The position numbers and the translations under genes were made by a program. A DNA stretch of 63,937 nt, counting the filler, from Perkinsus olseni (lineage: Eukaryota): NCBI GenBank assembly GCA_013115125.1. It is 57 parts of 57 records of this genome, joined end to end, with 100 filler letters (N's around TTAATTAATTAA, not from the genome) between each part and the next. Parts side by side here need not be neighbours in the genome. Positions count along the whole stretch, not along the records: positions 23,953 to 24,982 come from JABANN010002179.1; positions 25,083 to 26,112 come from JABANN010002180.1; positions 26,213 to 27,242 come from JABANN010002181.1; positions 27,343 to 28,367 come from JABANN010002182.1; positions 28,468 to 29,492 come from JABANN010002183.1; positions 29,593 to 30,616 come from JABANN010002184.1; positions 30,717 to 31,739 come from JABANN010002185.1; positions 31,840 to 32,861 come from JABANN010002186.1; 49 more parts are not named here. The stretch is one strand, 5' to 3'. The notes beneath the pieces were generated by a model, which saw only the letters and a list, made by a program, of their open reading frames with translations, was not told the origin of the DNA and did no database searches. Positions 23,953-36,317 of the stretch are shown here, piece after piece (the stretch's first letter is position 1; every line of letters begins with the position of its first letter).

Positions 23953-24829
23953 CTGCATCGCAACACAATGAATGTCTAACTCGAGATCGCACGTCTAGCG
24001 GCTTTGCTGCGAGTGTGGCTAGGTATCGCCCATCAAAATGAGCGAAAATATCCCCTCGAATGTCGTAGTCATTCTTAGGGCCAAGACGAGCATCTGCACG
24101 ATTGCGTACACTCTCACTGAGACTGTACAACAGCAGGAAATAACAAGTAGGGGATCCACTGGCTATAGCACAATAGTCCAGAGCTCGATCAAAAGCACTT
24201 AAATGCGCACGAACAGATGCATGACTGGTGCTATCAGGGGATGTCGCCTTTCCATCATAGATACCCAACTTCACTGCAGCTAGCTCCTGACGGGCTTCCT
24301 TACGGGCTTCCTGAATCAGACGCTGATTGGAATTCCCTCGGGAACGACTCGGGACAATCTCATGCTCCGCCTTCACCACAGTTGCATCACCTTGCCACAA
24401 CCCGTCCTTCAACACGCCTTCCTCGACCCTCTGGTGTCCGGACTCCTCCTGAACAACACCCCTCGTCACCTCCTGCACTGGCCTAACTGCCAAAGCATCC
24501 ACTCTCTAAGCCAAGGCCGAGACTTGTGATGCAAGGCAGCTTAACGTGTTCTCAATCGCAGACTGGAGTCCCCCTCTCGCTTCCCCACATCCGGTATTAG
24601 CCTGACGACCTTGAAGTTGATCGCCCACACCATCAGTACCCGATCTCATTCTTGGAGGCAAGGACTGAGACCTAGCACCTCCAACTTCCTGGAAAGCCAA
24701 CGATGAACCCAACGAATAAAAGTCTCCAAAATCATCACTAATCTCGCCCTGCTTAGCCGCCTCTCGGGCCTCATCACGCCGAACACGTCGTTCTCCACGA
24801 GCAGTTGATGTCGAACTTGATTGCTTCAT
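23953..24829 (-). pseudogene. Gag-like ORF interrupted by one in-frame TAG (24506-24508)
   Basis: ORFs 24829-24506 and 24502-23953 share a frame (SALA*RVDALA). The gag-like segments are KLGIYDG, HLSAFDRAL and LLYSLSE. Confidence 0.55.
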
Positions 24830-26212
24830 CGATTCTCGGATGATTGTTTGTGCTTGTGGAAAGCCAACTTCAGTAGCTCAATCACAGATTACTACTTTGG
24901 GAGAACGGTTTCCGATACAGGTTTAGTAACACTGATGCCCTTAGCAGCAACGAACCACGATACCCATAAAAGGAATCATACGNNNNNNNNNNNNNNNNNN
25001 NNNNNNNNNNNNNNNNNNNNNNNNNNTTAATTAATTAANNNNNNNNNNNNNNNNNNNNNNNNNNNNNNNNNNNNNNNNNNNNGGGAGGGGACCCCGCGGC
25101 GTGCGGGAGCGAATCAAATGGCTGGTTAATTTTAGCAACCGACCCCATTCTGAGCCCTTCTCGGCTTTTCACCACGCTAAATCGCTGATTTTTGGCATGA
25201 AAACGCAGAATTTTCGTACGAGTAAATCGAGCTAAGAGAGGCTAATATCCGATCAGCCGATCGGTAGAAATGAGTATGTGAAGTTGGCGCTAGCGTTGGC
25301 GTGCGCTTTTTACATGATTTTGCGCGCGTCCACCGCACAATAAACTGTGCGTAATAATGTCATAAACTTTATGACATAAAGCCGACAGTGCCAGACAATC
25401 ACACGATAGCTATTCGATAGCTCACAGATCCAGCTATATGTAGGGAGTGAATCGATCGTCGAATCGATTACCAAGGCGCAGACCGTTGACTATGAAGATT
25501 TAGTTTTCACTAGCACGCGTGCGCCAAACTACGAAGTTTGACTATAGGCTGGAGCTCAAATAAGTTACTCTCCAGATGAGGGTCACGATGGTACGCTTAT
25601 AGTTCGTAGTAAAAATCTGTAGTTGGTCGAGTGCGGGCTTTCCGATCATCTCTAGTCGTGAGACTAATAGAGACGGAGTCGGATACGATGGCGCTTAGCG
25701 ATGTATTCCATCGCTGGCTTCAACTATGAGTCATCAGCTGAGCTAAGAAGCTAAATATGTACGGTGGTGGCGACTCACGCACTGCCGTTCGTGAGAAGGA
25801 GGTCCTGCTTCGTTCGTGAACTGGTACAGATAGGGCCGAGCAGGGGGCCCCCGTGCACGGGGTATGCGAGGCCCCGGCGCGACCGTGACTATTCTGCTCA
25901 CATCATGTTTCAGTGATTGCGTTGTACGTGGATTGTAGTTGCGAGAATTCTAACTCGAGAAGAGATTTTACTGACCCATGGCGTTGCAGTTCTATCACAA
26001 CTTGTGATTCACAAGTACTCTGATCCTGTGCCCTGGGCCGGGGGACCCGAGGAAGGACCGTTTAGAGACAATCCCGCTACGCGAGCCTCGCTTGTGTTCG
26101 CGCCCTAGGTGGNNNNNNNNNNNNNNNNNNNNNNNNNNNNNNNNNNNNNNNNNNNNTTAATTAATTAANNNNNNNNNNNNNNNNNNNNNNNNNNNNNNNN
26201 NNNNNNNNNNNN

Positions 26213-26292
26213 GAACGAACGAACGAACGAACGCACAAAAAAGTGCAGAAGTGACAGTATATGCTCCGCTCGCTTCGCTCGCTCCGCAACTA
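26213..26292 (-). mobile_element. Helentron/HINE-like terminus: GCGAAGC-centred symmetric motif followed by a (GTTC)n microsatellite
   Basis: The minus strand reads TAGTTGCGGAGCGAGCGAAGCGAGCGGAGCATATACTGTCAC...(GTTC)5 up to the contig edge. Confidence 0.5.
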
Positions 26293-28468
26293 CGAGTTGG
26301 GCGTCATCAAATAACACAGAGTACTACAATTGAACCCGAGTGTCTGCAACTACCGACCGCTAATTATCCCGCTAGAGCACACTCTACCCGAGAGAGTTGG
26401 AGGGTTTTATCCTCAGGTCTGCGAAATCTCAATTTGCGTCATAATCTACCGCTGGTTCAACCCGGGCCGCTACCATTTCTAGGCAATTAATTCAATCGTT
26501 CAGTTAGTTAGCGAGAAACGTCCGACGCTTACGGCTTGGCCTGGCCTCGTAGGAGACCAAAGGCCACTAGTCGCCATTATCCGACAACTCAACGCTACGT
26601 AGCCGGTCGCTTAGGCCCAGGCTCAACCGGGAGGGATGGAAAACAGGACAGCGGGCCTGTGGTGCAGGCGCAGGTTTGACGGTCGAAAGACCAAACTGAA
26701 ACCCGAAACCTGGACCTCGGGCCCCCCAAATCACAAGGCAGTGTCGTGCTCATGCTGCACCTGCATAGGTGCGCTATAGTACGTGAACAGCTAGCTACCA
26801 TGAAGTGCTCGCCAGATGCGACACAATCCGTGTCGCACCCCATCAGTGTGTCCCGTGTAGGCGGGCGAGACGTGAACGTCCATACCACTCGTAACTAAAC
26901 TCGGTTACTTCTTAACCATCAATTTGGATGTTGCTGCTTCTTCAGGGGTTGCGAGCGGAAAGCTGCTACTATCAGAGTAGCAATCGAGCAACTTCGTTAC
27001 GTTACAGCAGTTCACGAATGAGCAATAAACATAAATATGAGCAATTTCTAAAATTACATAGCAGCAACCAATGTTAATAGTAGCACATTTGCTCGTTTGT
27101 AACAGTGAAATTGCTATTTCGCTCCTTTGTATTTTCTCGGCGGAACAGAACGTTTCAAGCAAACTAGCAAAAGTAGCAGAGACTATATGATTCAGCAATC
27201 CAGCATTTTCAGGCAGTTTGCTCGCTTGCTCTTTTGTGACAGNNNNNNNNNNNNNNNNNNNNNNNNNNNNNNNNNNNNNNNNNNNNTTAATTAATTAANN
27301 NNNNNNNNNNNNNNNNNNNNNNNNNNNNNNNNNNNNNNNNNNCCCTTTTGGGGACGGTAGAGATATCTCTGGCCAACAGGCAGTCAAATGACGATGAAGA
27401 TGATAGAGCAGCGCTCGGCGTAGCCACAATCGGTGACACTGTGGGTGACCAATCCTGCGAGACTGAGGACAGTGCGCACCACCAGAACCGGCCTCCAGCC
27501 GAAGCGGTTGAGACCCCGTCAATTCCTCTCTCGACGACGGAAAATAGCATACCAGTTGAAACCAAGCTCAACGGGGGCATTGCTGGTGATCAAGGCTCTC
27601 AAGGCGGTGAGACCAGCTACTGCCTTACAGTGCCTGCCATCCGCGACCGGCACGCTGAGAGCCGTCAGGTGACGAGCAATCTGAGAATTGCCAAAAACTC
27701 GGAGCCGGGGTGGTACGAGCTCCAACTCCCCCATCGGACAAAGCAGGTATCTCTAATATGAGCTCGCGGGTGGTCGGGCATTCAACGCTCATAGCCTATG
27801 GGTCATAGGTATCATCAGTCTACCACCGCCGCCCACCTTCCTAGAAGAGAGCGTCACTCTTGCAAATGTGAGGTTGATGAAGCAGTGCTGGACGGTGTGG
27901 TATCGTTGTTTCCTCGCGTCCTGCCCAGCTCCAGCACCTATTCGCGCGCGACTTGGGCAAGTCCTGTATCAACCGTCTGAAAGCTGCAGCTGGTTTGTTG
28001 GAGGCGAGATTAGAAACGTCCAATATCGAAGTTTCCGGTGGTGAGCACTGGAGCCTTACGCCCCGTCACACTTTTGACGCTGCAGATTTATCCCTGCGAG
28101 ACTTCCCGAGTGAGGCGGACAAGTCCATACTGGAGGAGCTCGCTCGGCCCGACTTCAGTGAGGTGTCGGGGACGCTGTCGATGTTGTTCATTCGTGAGCA
28201 TGTATCTGCCGCTGCTCTACTACTAACAATCAGTTCGGAAATATCCTCACCTTGTCGAACTGGAACGATCGATGCACACTACTGTGGAGGAACGGAAAGC
28301 TGAGGTTGAGCTGACCATGTCACAGCTCGAGACTTCTCTAATAAATAAAGCGGAGAAGTAGGACACCNNNNNNNNNNNNNNNNNNNNNNNNNNNNNNNNN
28401 NNNNNNNNNNNTTAATTAATTAANNNNNNNNNNNNNNNNNNNNNNNNNNNNNNNNNNNNNNNNNNNNC

Positions 28469-29492
28469 CGGACCTACATAAGGACCGAAGCTGTGGGAAA
28501 GGGAGGTAAGCCGAACTTGACCGTGAAGGACATCGCCCGGTGGATCAACAACGAGCTGTGCCTCGGCGAGGATGATGGATACTCGGAGCGGACAGTCAGC
28601 CGCTGGTTGGAAGCGTTGGACTTCAAGTTGGTGCAAGTCAAGAAGACCCTCTATGTGGATGGTCACGAACGCCCAGACGTTGTAGCGGACCGCGCCCGGT
28701 TGGCAAAGCAGTTGGATGAGATGAAGCCCCTACTCCTCACAGTGGATGACGAGACCCTGGAGGTGAAGTCCAACCCACATGCATCCTTCATACTGGTGTC
28801 CCAAGATGAGAAGATTCATCACAGCAACGACCAGCAGAAGCGCTACTGGAGCGATGGGACCAACACGGTACTGCCCAAGAAGTCCCAAGGGAGGACGATA
28901 ATGACCTCTGATTTTCTATCAGAGGTCTTTGGCTTCGTGAAGTTCAGTGACCAAGACTCTCATTCCCCCGGAAAGAGAGTGGGTTCGTTGTTAGATGTAT
29001 CTCGAGATGGGTACTATAACAGCGATAGGTGCCTGGAGGACTTCGATGAGTGCAGTAAGGCTGTCACTGGGTTGTCTCACGGCAAACTTCATTGTGTCTT
29101 TCTGACTGACCGGAGTCCCATCCACTGCAAGTTTGCAGAGGATGCGCTGAATGTCAGGAAGATGAATGTTAAGCCAGGTGGCAAGCAGCCGAAGATGCGT
29201 GATGGTTGGTTCTGGAAGGCGGGAAAGCGCCAAACCCAAACCATGGTCTATCCTGACGATCATCCGGAGTATCCTGGGCAAGCTAAGGGTTTGCGACAAG
29301 TCTGTGTCGAGCGCTTTGGGAAGGCGGCTATAAACGGCAAACGTCACGAGGAGATGGCCGCAATGCTGAGCGACTGCGCCGATTTCAAGTCGCAACCAAC
29401 GCTTTTAGAAGACCAAGCACTAGCTAGAGGTGACCGGGTCATATTCGGGGTAAAGTTTCATCCAGAGCTTGCACCGATTGAAGCTGCCTACC
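28469..29492 (+). mobile_element. IS630/Tc1-mariner-type DDE transposase with a long D-E insertion (partial)
   Basis: An HTH-like segment (SERTVSRWLEALDF), then YVDGHERPDVV, SQDEKIH (D1), LTDRSPIH (D2), PGGKQ and KFHPELAPIE (E). Confidence 0.85.
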
Positions 29493-30716
29493 NNNNNNNN
29501 NNNNNNNNNNNNNNNNNNNNNNNNNNNNNNNNNNNNTTAATTAATTAANNNNNNNNNNNNNNNNNNNNNNNNNNNNNNNNNNNNNNNNNNNNTGACTGGT
29601 CCGCCTGTAATTGGTGTGGCAAGGACCTAAAAGAAGGTAAGACTGGGAAATCTGGCGGGGGGGGGGGCGCTGCGCCCAGTGACGTTTCACAGTGGAGGTC
29701 GTTACGGCTAGTAGCCCCGCTCGGTCCTACTGCCGTGAGCGGGTCATGGTTATCATTTTGCGTTTGAGGGTTCGCTGAGTCGCTATAAAGATGAGGCTCT
29801 TCGTAAAGAGGCTCCAGTCAGAGTGTTCAAACCTTGCTGTGGGAGCTTCTCGGCTTGGCTCAGGTTGGCGTGCCTCTCTGATGTAGAGTTTATTGTCACT
29901 GCAACCAGTGACATTGCGCATCCGATGCGCATAAGGCCAGATTTCACCCTCTTGCCGCTTCAGGCCAGAAGGTTGGGCTTCTAGTCTCCAAGTCCCCCGT
30001 AGACCAGCTCTTCATTCTTGTTGATGGAGCGGTAGTAGCCGAAGGCCCGCGGAACATTCCCACTGGACGACCGCTCTATGGCGTTGTGGATCTCATTGGT
30101 GAACCACCATGCCCTGAAACTCTCTCTTGCGCGACTCGATATTTCCGTAGGAAGTACGAACGCGGTGGCCCTGTCGGATCCCGAGACGACACCGTTGCCT
30201 CCAGCTGCACTCCAACTAGTGCCCAAGGTAGGCGGCATCGGACGTTCGTAGATAGAGAGTAACGGCTGGTCCTGTCTGGCGTCACGAAAGCTTCGTGATG
30301 AGCGATGGCTGCTTCCGTCCCACAGGCTGTGCCATCTTCCTCGGGTCGATCGGAGAGCGGCCGCATCGCCTTCAGGCTTCCCTCTCGTCAAACAAGGTAG
30401 GGTTTCGTGGCTCGCCGGTGTCCGCGGTTTCATAGCTCTACGACTAGAACAACGTGCGCAGGTCTCGTAATGAGAGTAAAAAAGGAACGTCGTCGTCTGT
30501 TGCGGGAGGATCGGTGGCCGGTGATAAAGCGGCTTTCGAGGTATGTGGTGTGTCTCGGGGCTCGCCCAACCTGTGCCGCTCTCAGATGCCTTCTTTCCAT
30601 GGCAGCCAGAGTTTCTNNNNNNNNNNNNNNNNNNNNNNNNNNNNNNNNNNNNNNNNNNNNTTAATTAATTAANNNNNNNNNNNNNNNNNNNNNNNNNNNN
30701 NNNNNNNNNNNNNNNN

Positions 30717-31739
30717 AGGCAGAGATGCAAAGTACCCTATCCGCCGCGTTCACCTGGCCGAATGCTCCTGCGAGCTGAGATGGCGGTTCTGGGGGAGCTT
30801 GGCGATTATTCGCAGGCCCCTGATCAAAGAGCGATGACCATCGGTAAGCAAGCGCCTCGAAGCAAGCGGTCGGTGGCACAAGGCATGATTATATTGAGAG
30901 TGAATAAGGAAGACGTGTGCTAGTCAACAAGGCCTACCGCGACGTTCCCCTGGTTGCGTGGTTGCTGTCCGTTGCCCTGCCTATCCGCGTTCGGATCATC
31001 ACGTGGTTGCTGTCTGTTGGGCTGCCTATCCGCGTTCGGATCATCACGTGGTGGTGGCTGTTGCACCTGAGAAGAGTAGAAGTTTTGAGAATGAATGCAG
31101 ATGTGAAAATGTCAAAGTGATCAACAATCGGAGAAATCCACTACCTCCGCGGCTGCTCGAATCTGGGCCAGTGCTGCCTGCACTTGCGTGGGTGAAAGTA
31201 CATGGGGCACATTGGCGGCCTGAAATGCTATCGAATGAGAACTGGGCGTGGTGAGAACGTATAATGACGAGCATTCACTGGGTATACAACGCTGAATCAG
31301 AAGCATACCTGATTCGCGGGTGCAGCAGCAGCAGCGGCACCACCGGCAGGGGCAGCAGGATCTACGGCTGGAAGGACACCACCGGCTGAAAAAAAGGCAG
31401 AATGTAGACGAGGAGACGGGATAAACTTACCGTTGGGGTTGGGAATGTTTTGCGCGAAAGGCCCCCTGAGATGTGGTTGGCGGATGTGCACATCGTCCCT
31501 GTTCACGGCTGTGGGTTTGATTCTGAAAAGAGAAACCTCGGGATGGTCATCCCCTGAAGGCATGACGTGATAGACGTACTGCTTGGCAACAATCCTGGCC
31601 AACAGCTCCGGTGTGGGTTGGGCCGGTCGCAGAGAACAGACATGAAGCTTGGTCTCTTGAATGGCACCACTATCATCACCGGAGCCGCCGGACCGACCGG
31701 GCTTAACCCACGCCGTGCAGGACCACCCACCGTGGTTAT
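30717..31739 (-). CDS. Multi-exon hypothetical gene fragment, Pro/Gln/Ala-rich, with a 45-bp tandem duplication (30958-31047)
   Basis: GTAAGT...TTTTTTTCAG and other short introns are visible. One exon reads QPPPRDDPNADRQPNRQQPRDDPNADRQGNGQQP. Confidence 0.5.
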
Positions 31740-31839
31740 NNNNNNNNNNNNNNNNNNNNNNNNNNNNNNNNNNNNNNNNNNNNTTAATTAATTAANNNNN
31801 NNNNNNNNNNNNNNNNNNNNNNNNNNNNNNNNNNNNNNN

Positions 31840-32825
31840 GCCAACCTGGCCAGCGTATCCAGCTGTGAAGTACTCTCGGGTAACCTTCCCAGGAGGAGGA
31901 CGTCCTTTCCCTTTTTTAAGTGCTCTTCGGCCTTGTCACACGAGTCGGAAGGCAGGACAATGCAATCATATTTGTCATCAGTACCATCGGAGATGCTTAT
32001 AGTTGTACCACAATACTGTTTGTTAAAAGCCTCGACGGCCTTGCCGAGGATCCCAGCCTTCGATGGGTCTTCAAGGAGGAATCGATATTGACGGACATCC
32101 TCCAGCTCAACGAAGTTCTGCAGCCGATTGTCGAAAGCGGGACGGATCTGAAAGAACCGGCATCCGAACCGCCACGTGTATGACTGACGGCTGTAACACC
32201 TCTTCGGGTAGTCGACTTCTGCTCTGTACGAGATGGGGGTTCTTCGCGAACGCCTCCATCCAGGGTTTAGAATGCAGTAGTATGTCAACGACCTCGTCGA
32301 CTCGCTGATGGTACGGTGGTCTCGTTTCCGACACTTTCAACAGAAAATCCCATACCTGTGCAAGGAGTAGCAATTACGTGATCGTGTACCGGCACTAATA
32401 AATCGCCGTCACGAAGATACAACCTTCCAAAGCCGTCGGGATTACAACCTTAACGATTCATACAAGGCAACGGTCGTAGGGCTCGAAAACCAGCAGTGCT
32501 GCCAGTGGACAAATCAAAGCGCGTATCGGAAGGTGCGGCACGCCCAATGGAACCGATACAACATACGGCAATATTCCACGGTTCAGCAGCACCGAGCCCG
32601 TCCCGGGTCCATTCCGGCTCATCCCCCCCCTGGCACTACATCCTCCTTGAGTGTGACCTCATCCAGTAGATGAGGGGCCCTCTTACTGTGAAGCGTGGCT
32701 ATTCTGAACTCCCCGAATGCCTGCTCACAGTTGTTCTCGAAGGCGACGCTACCGGCTTGAGTCTTCTGTACAAGATCAACAGCCTTCTCGAATCGCTGCC
32801 GGATTTTCTCTGGATTAAGTGCCAT
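31840..32825 (-). CDS. Multi-exon hypothetical gene fragment
   Basis: An ATG at 32825 is followed by several protein-like ORF segments separated by short GT-AG intervals. No family recognised. Confidence 0.4.
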
Positions 32826-32968
32826 TGAACGAGATTTAAAAACTCAGCTGATAGTCTGGCTNNNNNNNNNNNNNNNNNNNNNNNNNNNNNNNNNNNNNNN
32901 NNNNNTTAATTAATTAANNNNNNNNNNNNNNNNNNNNNNNNNNNNNNNNNNNNNNNNNNNNCCCTCAG

Positions 32969-33106
32969 GTTGTGGTGGCGTCTGTCGAGTTCGGACTCGT
33001 GAACGGAGATGATTGGGATTGGGTGGCCCTTAGTTGCCTGGAAGTAAAGGAGGACTGGAAGGCTCGTGGAGTCGGCTCCGAGTTGCTAAAGGCGCTCGTC
33101 AAATAT
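32969..33106 (+). CDS. GNAT-family acetyltransferase exon (not in the ORF track)
   Basis: Bounded by a CCCTCAG acceptor and a GTGAGT donor. It translates to VVVASVEFGLVNGDDWDWVALSCLEVKEDWKARGVGSELLKALVKY, containing the acetyl-CoA-binding motif A. Confidence 0.65.
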
Positions 33107-34592
33107 GTGAGTTAATCTAACTACTGGAGAGGCCCGCCCGGACTGAGCCTCGAGTTGAAGAAGCAAACATTCGAAAGTGGCCTCGCCAGTGTCTGATGTG
33201 TCAATTTTCCCGACCATGCTGCTGCTGCTTCTTCAATTCCGCCGCGATCAACCTTTGAGGAAAGTAAAACTACAATCGCCTAGGTTGGATGGACTTTTGT
33301 GAGCTCCCTATCTTGGCCCATCATCGTCACAATGGTGCTGTGAGAAATAGGTGAATGCTGTAGTCCGACATAGGTAGATCGGGCTCGTAGTGAACAACTC
33401 AGAGGAGGTAGAATCAGTAATGGAGTAGTAGGATTGGAGTTGGTTAACGGGAATATGATGAAGCTAGTGTACACCAAGTTCAATTGTGCTACGTAGACAA
33501 CGGCCTAGGACAGTGGCGGAATGATTCAGGTTCATGCCGTGGGATCTGCAAAGATCGACCACCTGTGGATTTTCGATAATGATGATGATCCCGTTGTTCG
33601 TGAGGCATGCAACGGAGCTGGCTTTGACTCTTACCGTGAGTAGCATCTTCAACTGCAACTGTTGGATGAATCTTTTTAGTTCCCGAAGAGGGTGTTGTCT
33701 ACGCCTATGATTATCCTACGGACGACAAGCCTATAGGCGATAATAAGGCTCTGCCTGTCATACCCGAACCTATGTCGTAAACAGCTAGTGTTGGCGAGCC
33801 AATTAGGTGTAATGCATGATGATGATGTTGATGTCACATGTTTGCAATCGAGTTCTCGCCACCTCTTGTTGTTCTACCTCCTTAATTCGAGTGTTTGGAC
33901 GCTCTAAGGATGGAAATGAGCTTCCTGGGGTCGCGCCATGCGACTCTCCGTAACGTTGTCTAGCCAACGACATCGTGATCNNNNNNNNNNNNNNNNNNNN
34001 NNNNNNNNNNNNNNNNNNNNNNNNTTAATTAATTAANNNNNNNNNNNNNNNNNNNNNNNNNNNNNNNNNNNNNNNNNNNNGTCGGAGATGAGTCGGAGTG
34101 GACTCGGAGTCAAGTCGGAGATTGATCATAGCCAACGCCAGGCGAGAAGAAGTGTAAGGGAAGTCTTCTTCTTTCTTCTATTCGGTGGGGGGCAAACATA
34201 TATGCTATGAACGCATGCACAAGACGATCGGCGCGCAATGAGTAACAGCCAGTATGCTGCCGAGCCGCCTTTCTGCAGTCAGAGCCGCTTATGCCGTGCT
34301 TGTGGACGCGCCACATACTACGCGATGAAGACCTCGAGTACTGGACAGGTCGCAACTTTGCAGAGTTTGCGAAGTTGATGCAATGTAAAGGTTGCAATGC
34401 AAACATAGATGAAGTGCTTGAGATTGTATGGGCAGTGTACGAGCTATTCATGGGTGGAACAAAAATCGACCGGATTTATATATGTATGGGGTCCCAGTGT
34501 ACGAGATTCCCTTGGATGAGATGTGAAGTGCACGAGTTTTCGTTTACGGATCGTAAACATGCCTCTACCCGTCATGCAGGGCTATTAATGAC

Positions 34593-34805
34593 CTAAATCA
34601 GAGACTGGCGCTGCACACGATCAGCACGAGCAAACTGCGAGCTTTCACAGCTATCTACACGTCGGCGACAGTCACGAGCCATACCATGCCAGAAGTAGCG
34701 CTGCTTAAGCAGTTTCAGTATGCCAACACGTCCACGATGTCCAACTGAATGAACCCGACCAACCAACTTTTTCTTGAGCTCATGGTCGTTAACCAAGATG
34801 ACGGG
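34593..34805 (-). pseudogene. Degenerate LTR-retrotransposon integrase zinc-binding (H2C2) fragment
   Basis: VHSVGHRG...LKQRYFWHGMARDC...SCESS (last Cys lost); the frame stops before the integrase core. Confidence 0.75.
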
Positions 34806-35926
34806 AGGTGGTCTTACTATCGTCCGTGGAGTCGACGTCGATAGTCACGATACGAGCAACCGAACCTTTGGGTAGCCCGAGAGTGTCCATCCTAGTGTTC
34901 TCAGAGCTTGAAGGAGCTCTTCTACTGCGACTTATTCTCCAAGGGCGTCGTCCTCGATGGTGTTCACTCCTAAACAGACGAAGTCTCTAGTTCAGCTTGG
35001 AGTAGTCAGTGGTGAACTGCCCTGCGGGGCATCCCGGGGCGACGCAGGGAAGCAGGCGATGTCAGTAGACCTTCCGTGATGACCGAGGGGTGAAGGGGNN
35101 NNNNNNNNNNNNNNNNNNNNNNNNNNNNNNNNNNNNNNNNNNTTAATTAATTAANNNNNNNNNNNNNNNNNNNNNNNNNNNNNNNNNNNNNNNNNNNNGA
35201 GCGTCCGTCTCCCCTTCCTGCGAATCTCCTCATCGTCGAAAGTCGTCTTTTTGAACAGTACTATTCCGATTCATTATCTTTTCCCTCCCGAACAATCATG
35301 CTTGAGCTTCCCTCAAGCGAGTATGAGCTTACTCAATGTCAAGGAATATGCCTTGTGTTGCTCGAGGTGTGGTTATGTCAACCACTGTATCATCGGCACT
35401 CCTTAAATTCTTCTTCCCACGAGGCCAGTGACGTTGGAATCCCTGTGCTAGGACCCGGTCTGCTTGGGCCGCTCTTTCGTAGCCCGTTTGACTGCGCTGG
35501 GATCACCTGGCGGCCTGCGAGGCCTAGTAAAATATCGTACCATTTTCTTGGCAAGCAACGTTGTCAAGGAACACGTTGTTCCAGTTGGTTTTTTGGTGCC
35601 TGTCAGCCGACGGCGGGGAGAACCGTGTGTTGGAAACTCTCCCATCATCGTCCTTTTGCCACTGTGGGGGGGGGCATTTCGTGTTGCGCGGGAAGTGCTC
35701 ACCAACGCGTATCTGTTTCCGACTAGTCGCCCGGAGTTCTCGAGATCCTAGTACTGACGCAATGGAGAGCCTTTTGCATGGCACCGTTTGATCTTGCAAA
35801 TCGTCAACTTGGGGAGGTTCATCGGGCAACTTTCATCAATCGATTCAACCATCAAGGGAGGTGTTCATCGCTATGTGATGGTCATAGTGGCAGTAACTCT
35901 TAGCTGGTTAGTTCACTCCGGAGCAT

Positions 35927-36215
35927 ATGGTAACACCTCTGGGAATCGCCAAGCCTCCTCCCGAAGGCAACGAAGCCAGGGGAAGCTCAACGGGGGGACA
36001 GAGGCAGTCTAGGCCAATTCCTCTGCGCAATCCTTCTCTCAATAAAGGGTACACGCAAGTCCTCATCACGGGATGGATATGCTTTTGTTGTCCGGGATTC
36101 TTCAATGCTCTACAAGGTCTCGGTGGAGCTGGCAACGCTAAACCTTCGGCAAACGACCCTGCCAACATCGCCCTTTATGCCTGCTTCGCTGTCTTCGGCT
36201 ATTTCGGTGGATTCT
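35927..36215 (+). CDS. UNC-93-like MFS membrane protein, N-terminus (3' truncated)
   Basis: TQVLITGWICFCCPGFFNALQGLGGAG...ANIALYACFAVFGYFGG matches the conserved start of plant/fungal UNC93-like proteins. Confidence 0.85.
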
Positions 36216-36317
36216 NNNNNNNNNNNNNNNNNNNNNNNNNNNNNNNNNNNNNNNNNNNNTTAATTAATTAANNNNNNNNNNNNNNNNNNNNNNNNNNNNN
36301 NNNNNNNNNNNNNNNCC

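Noticed and set aside
25083-25400. AT-rich, transposon-end-like non-coding DNA (also 4140-4496 and 61833-62530; the first two share AATTTTCGTACGA)
   Set aside because: No TIR pair or TSD can be shown within 1-kb contigs, and a 13-bp match alone is insufficient.
32730-32825. RFEKAVDLVQK resembling an acyl-CoA-binding protein start
   Set aside because: No downstream LY..YKQAT/KW.AW motifs are visible.
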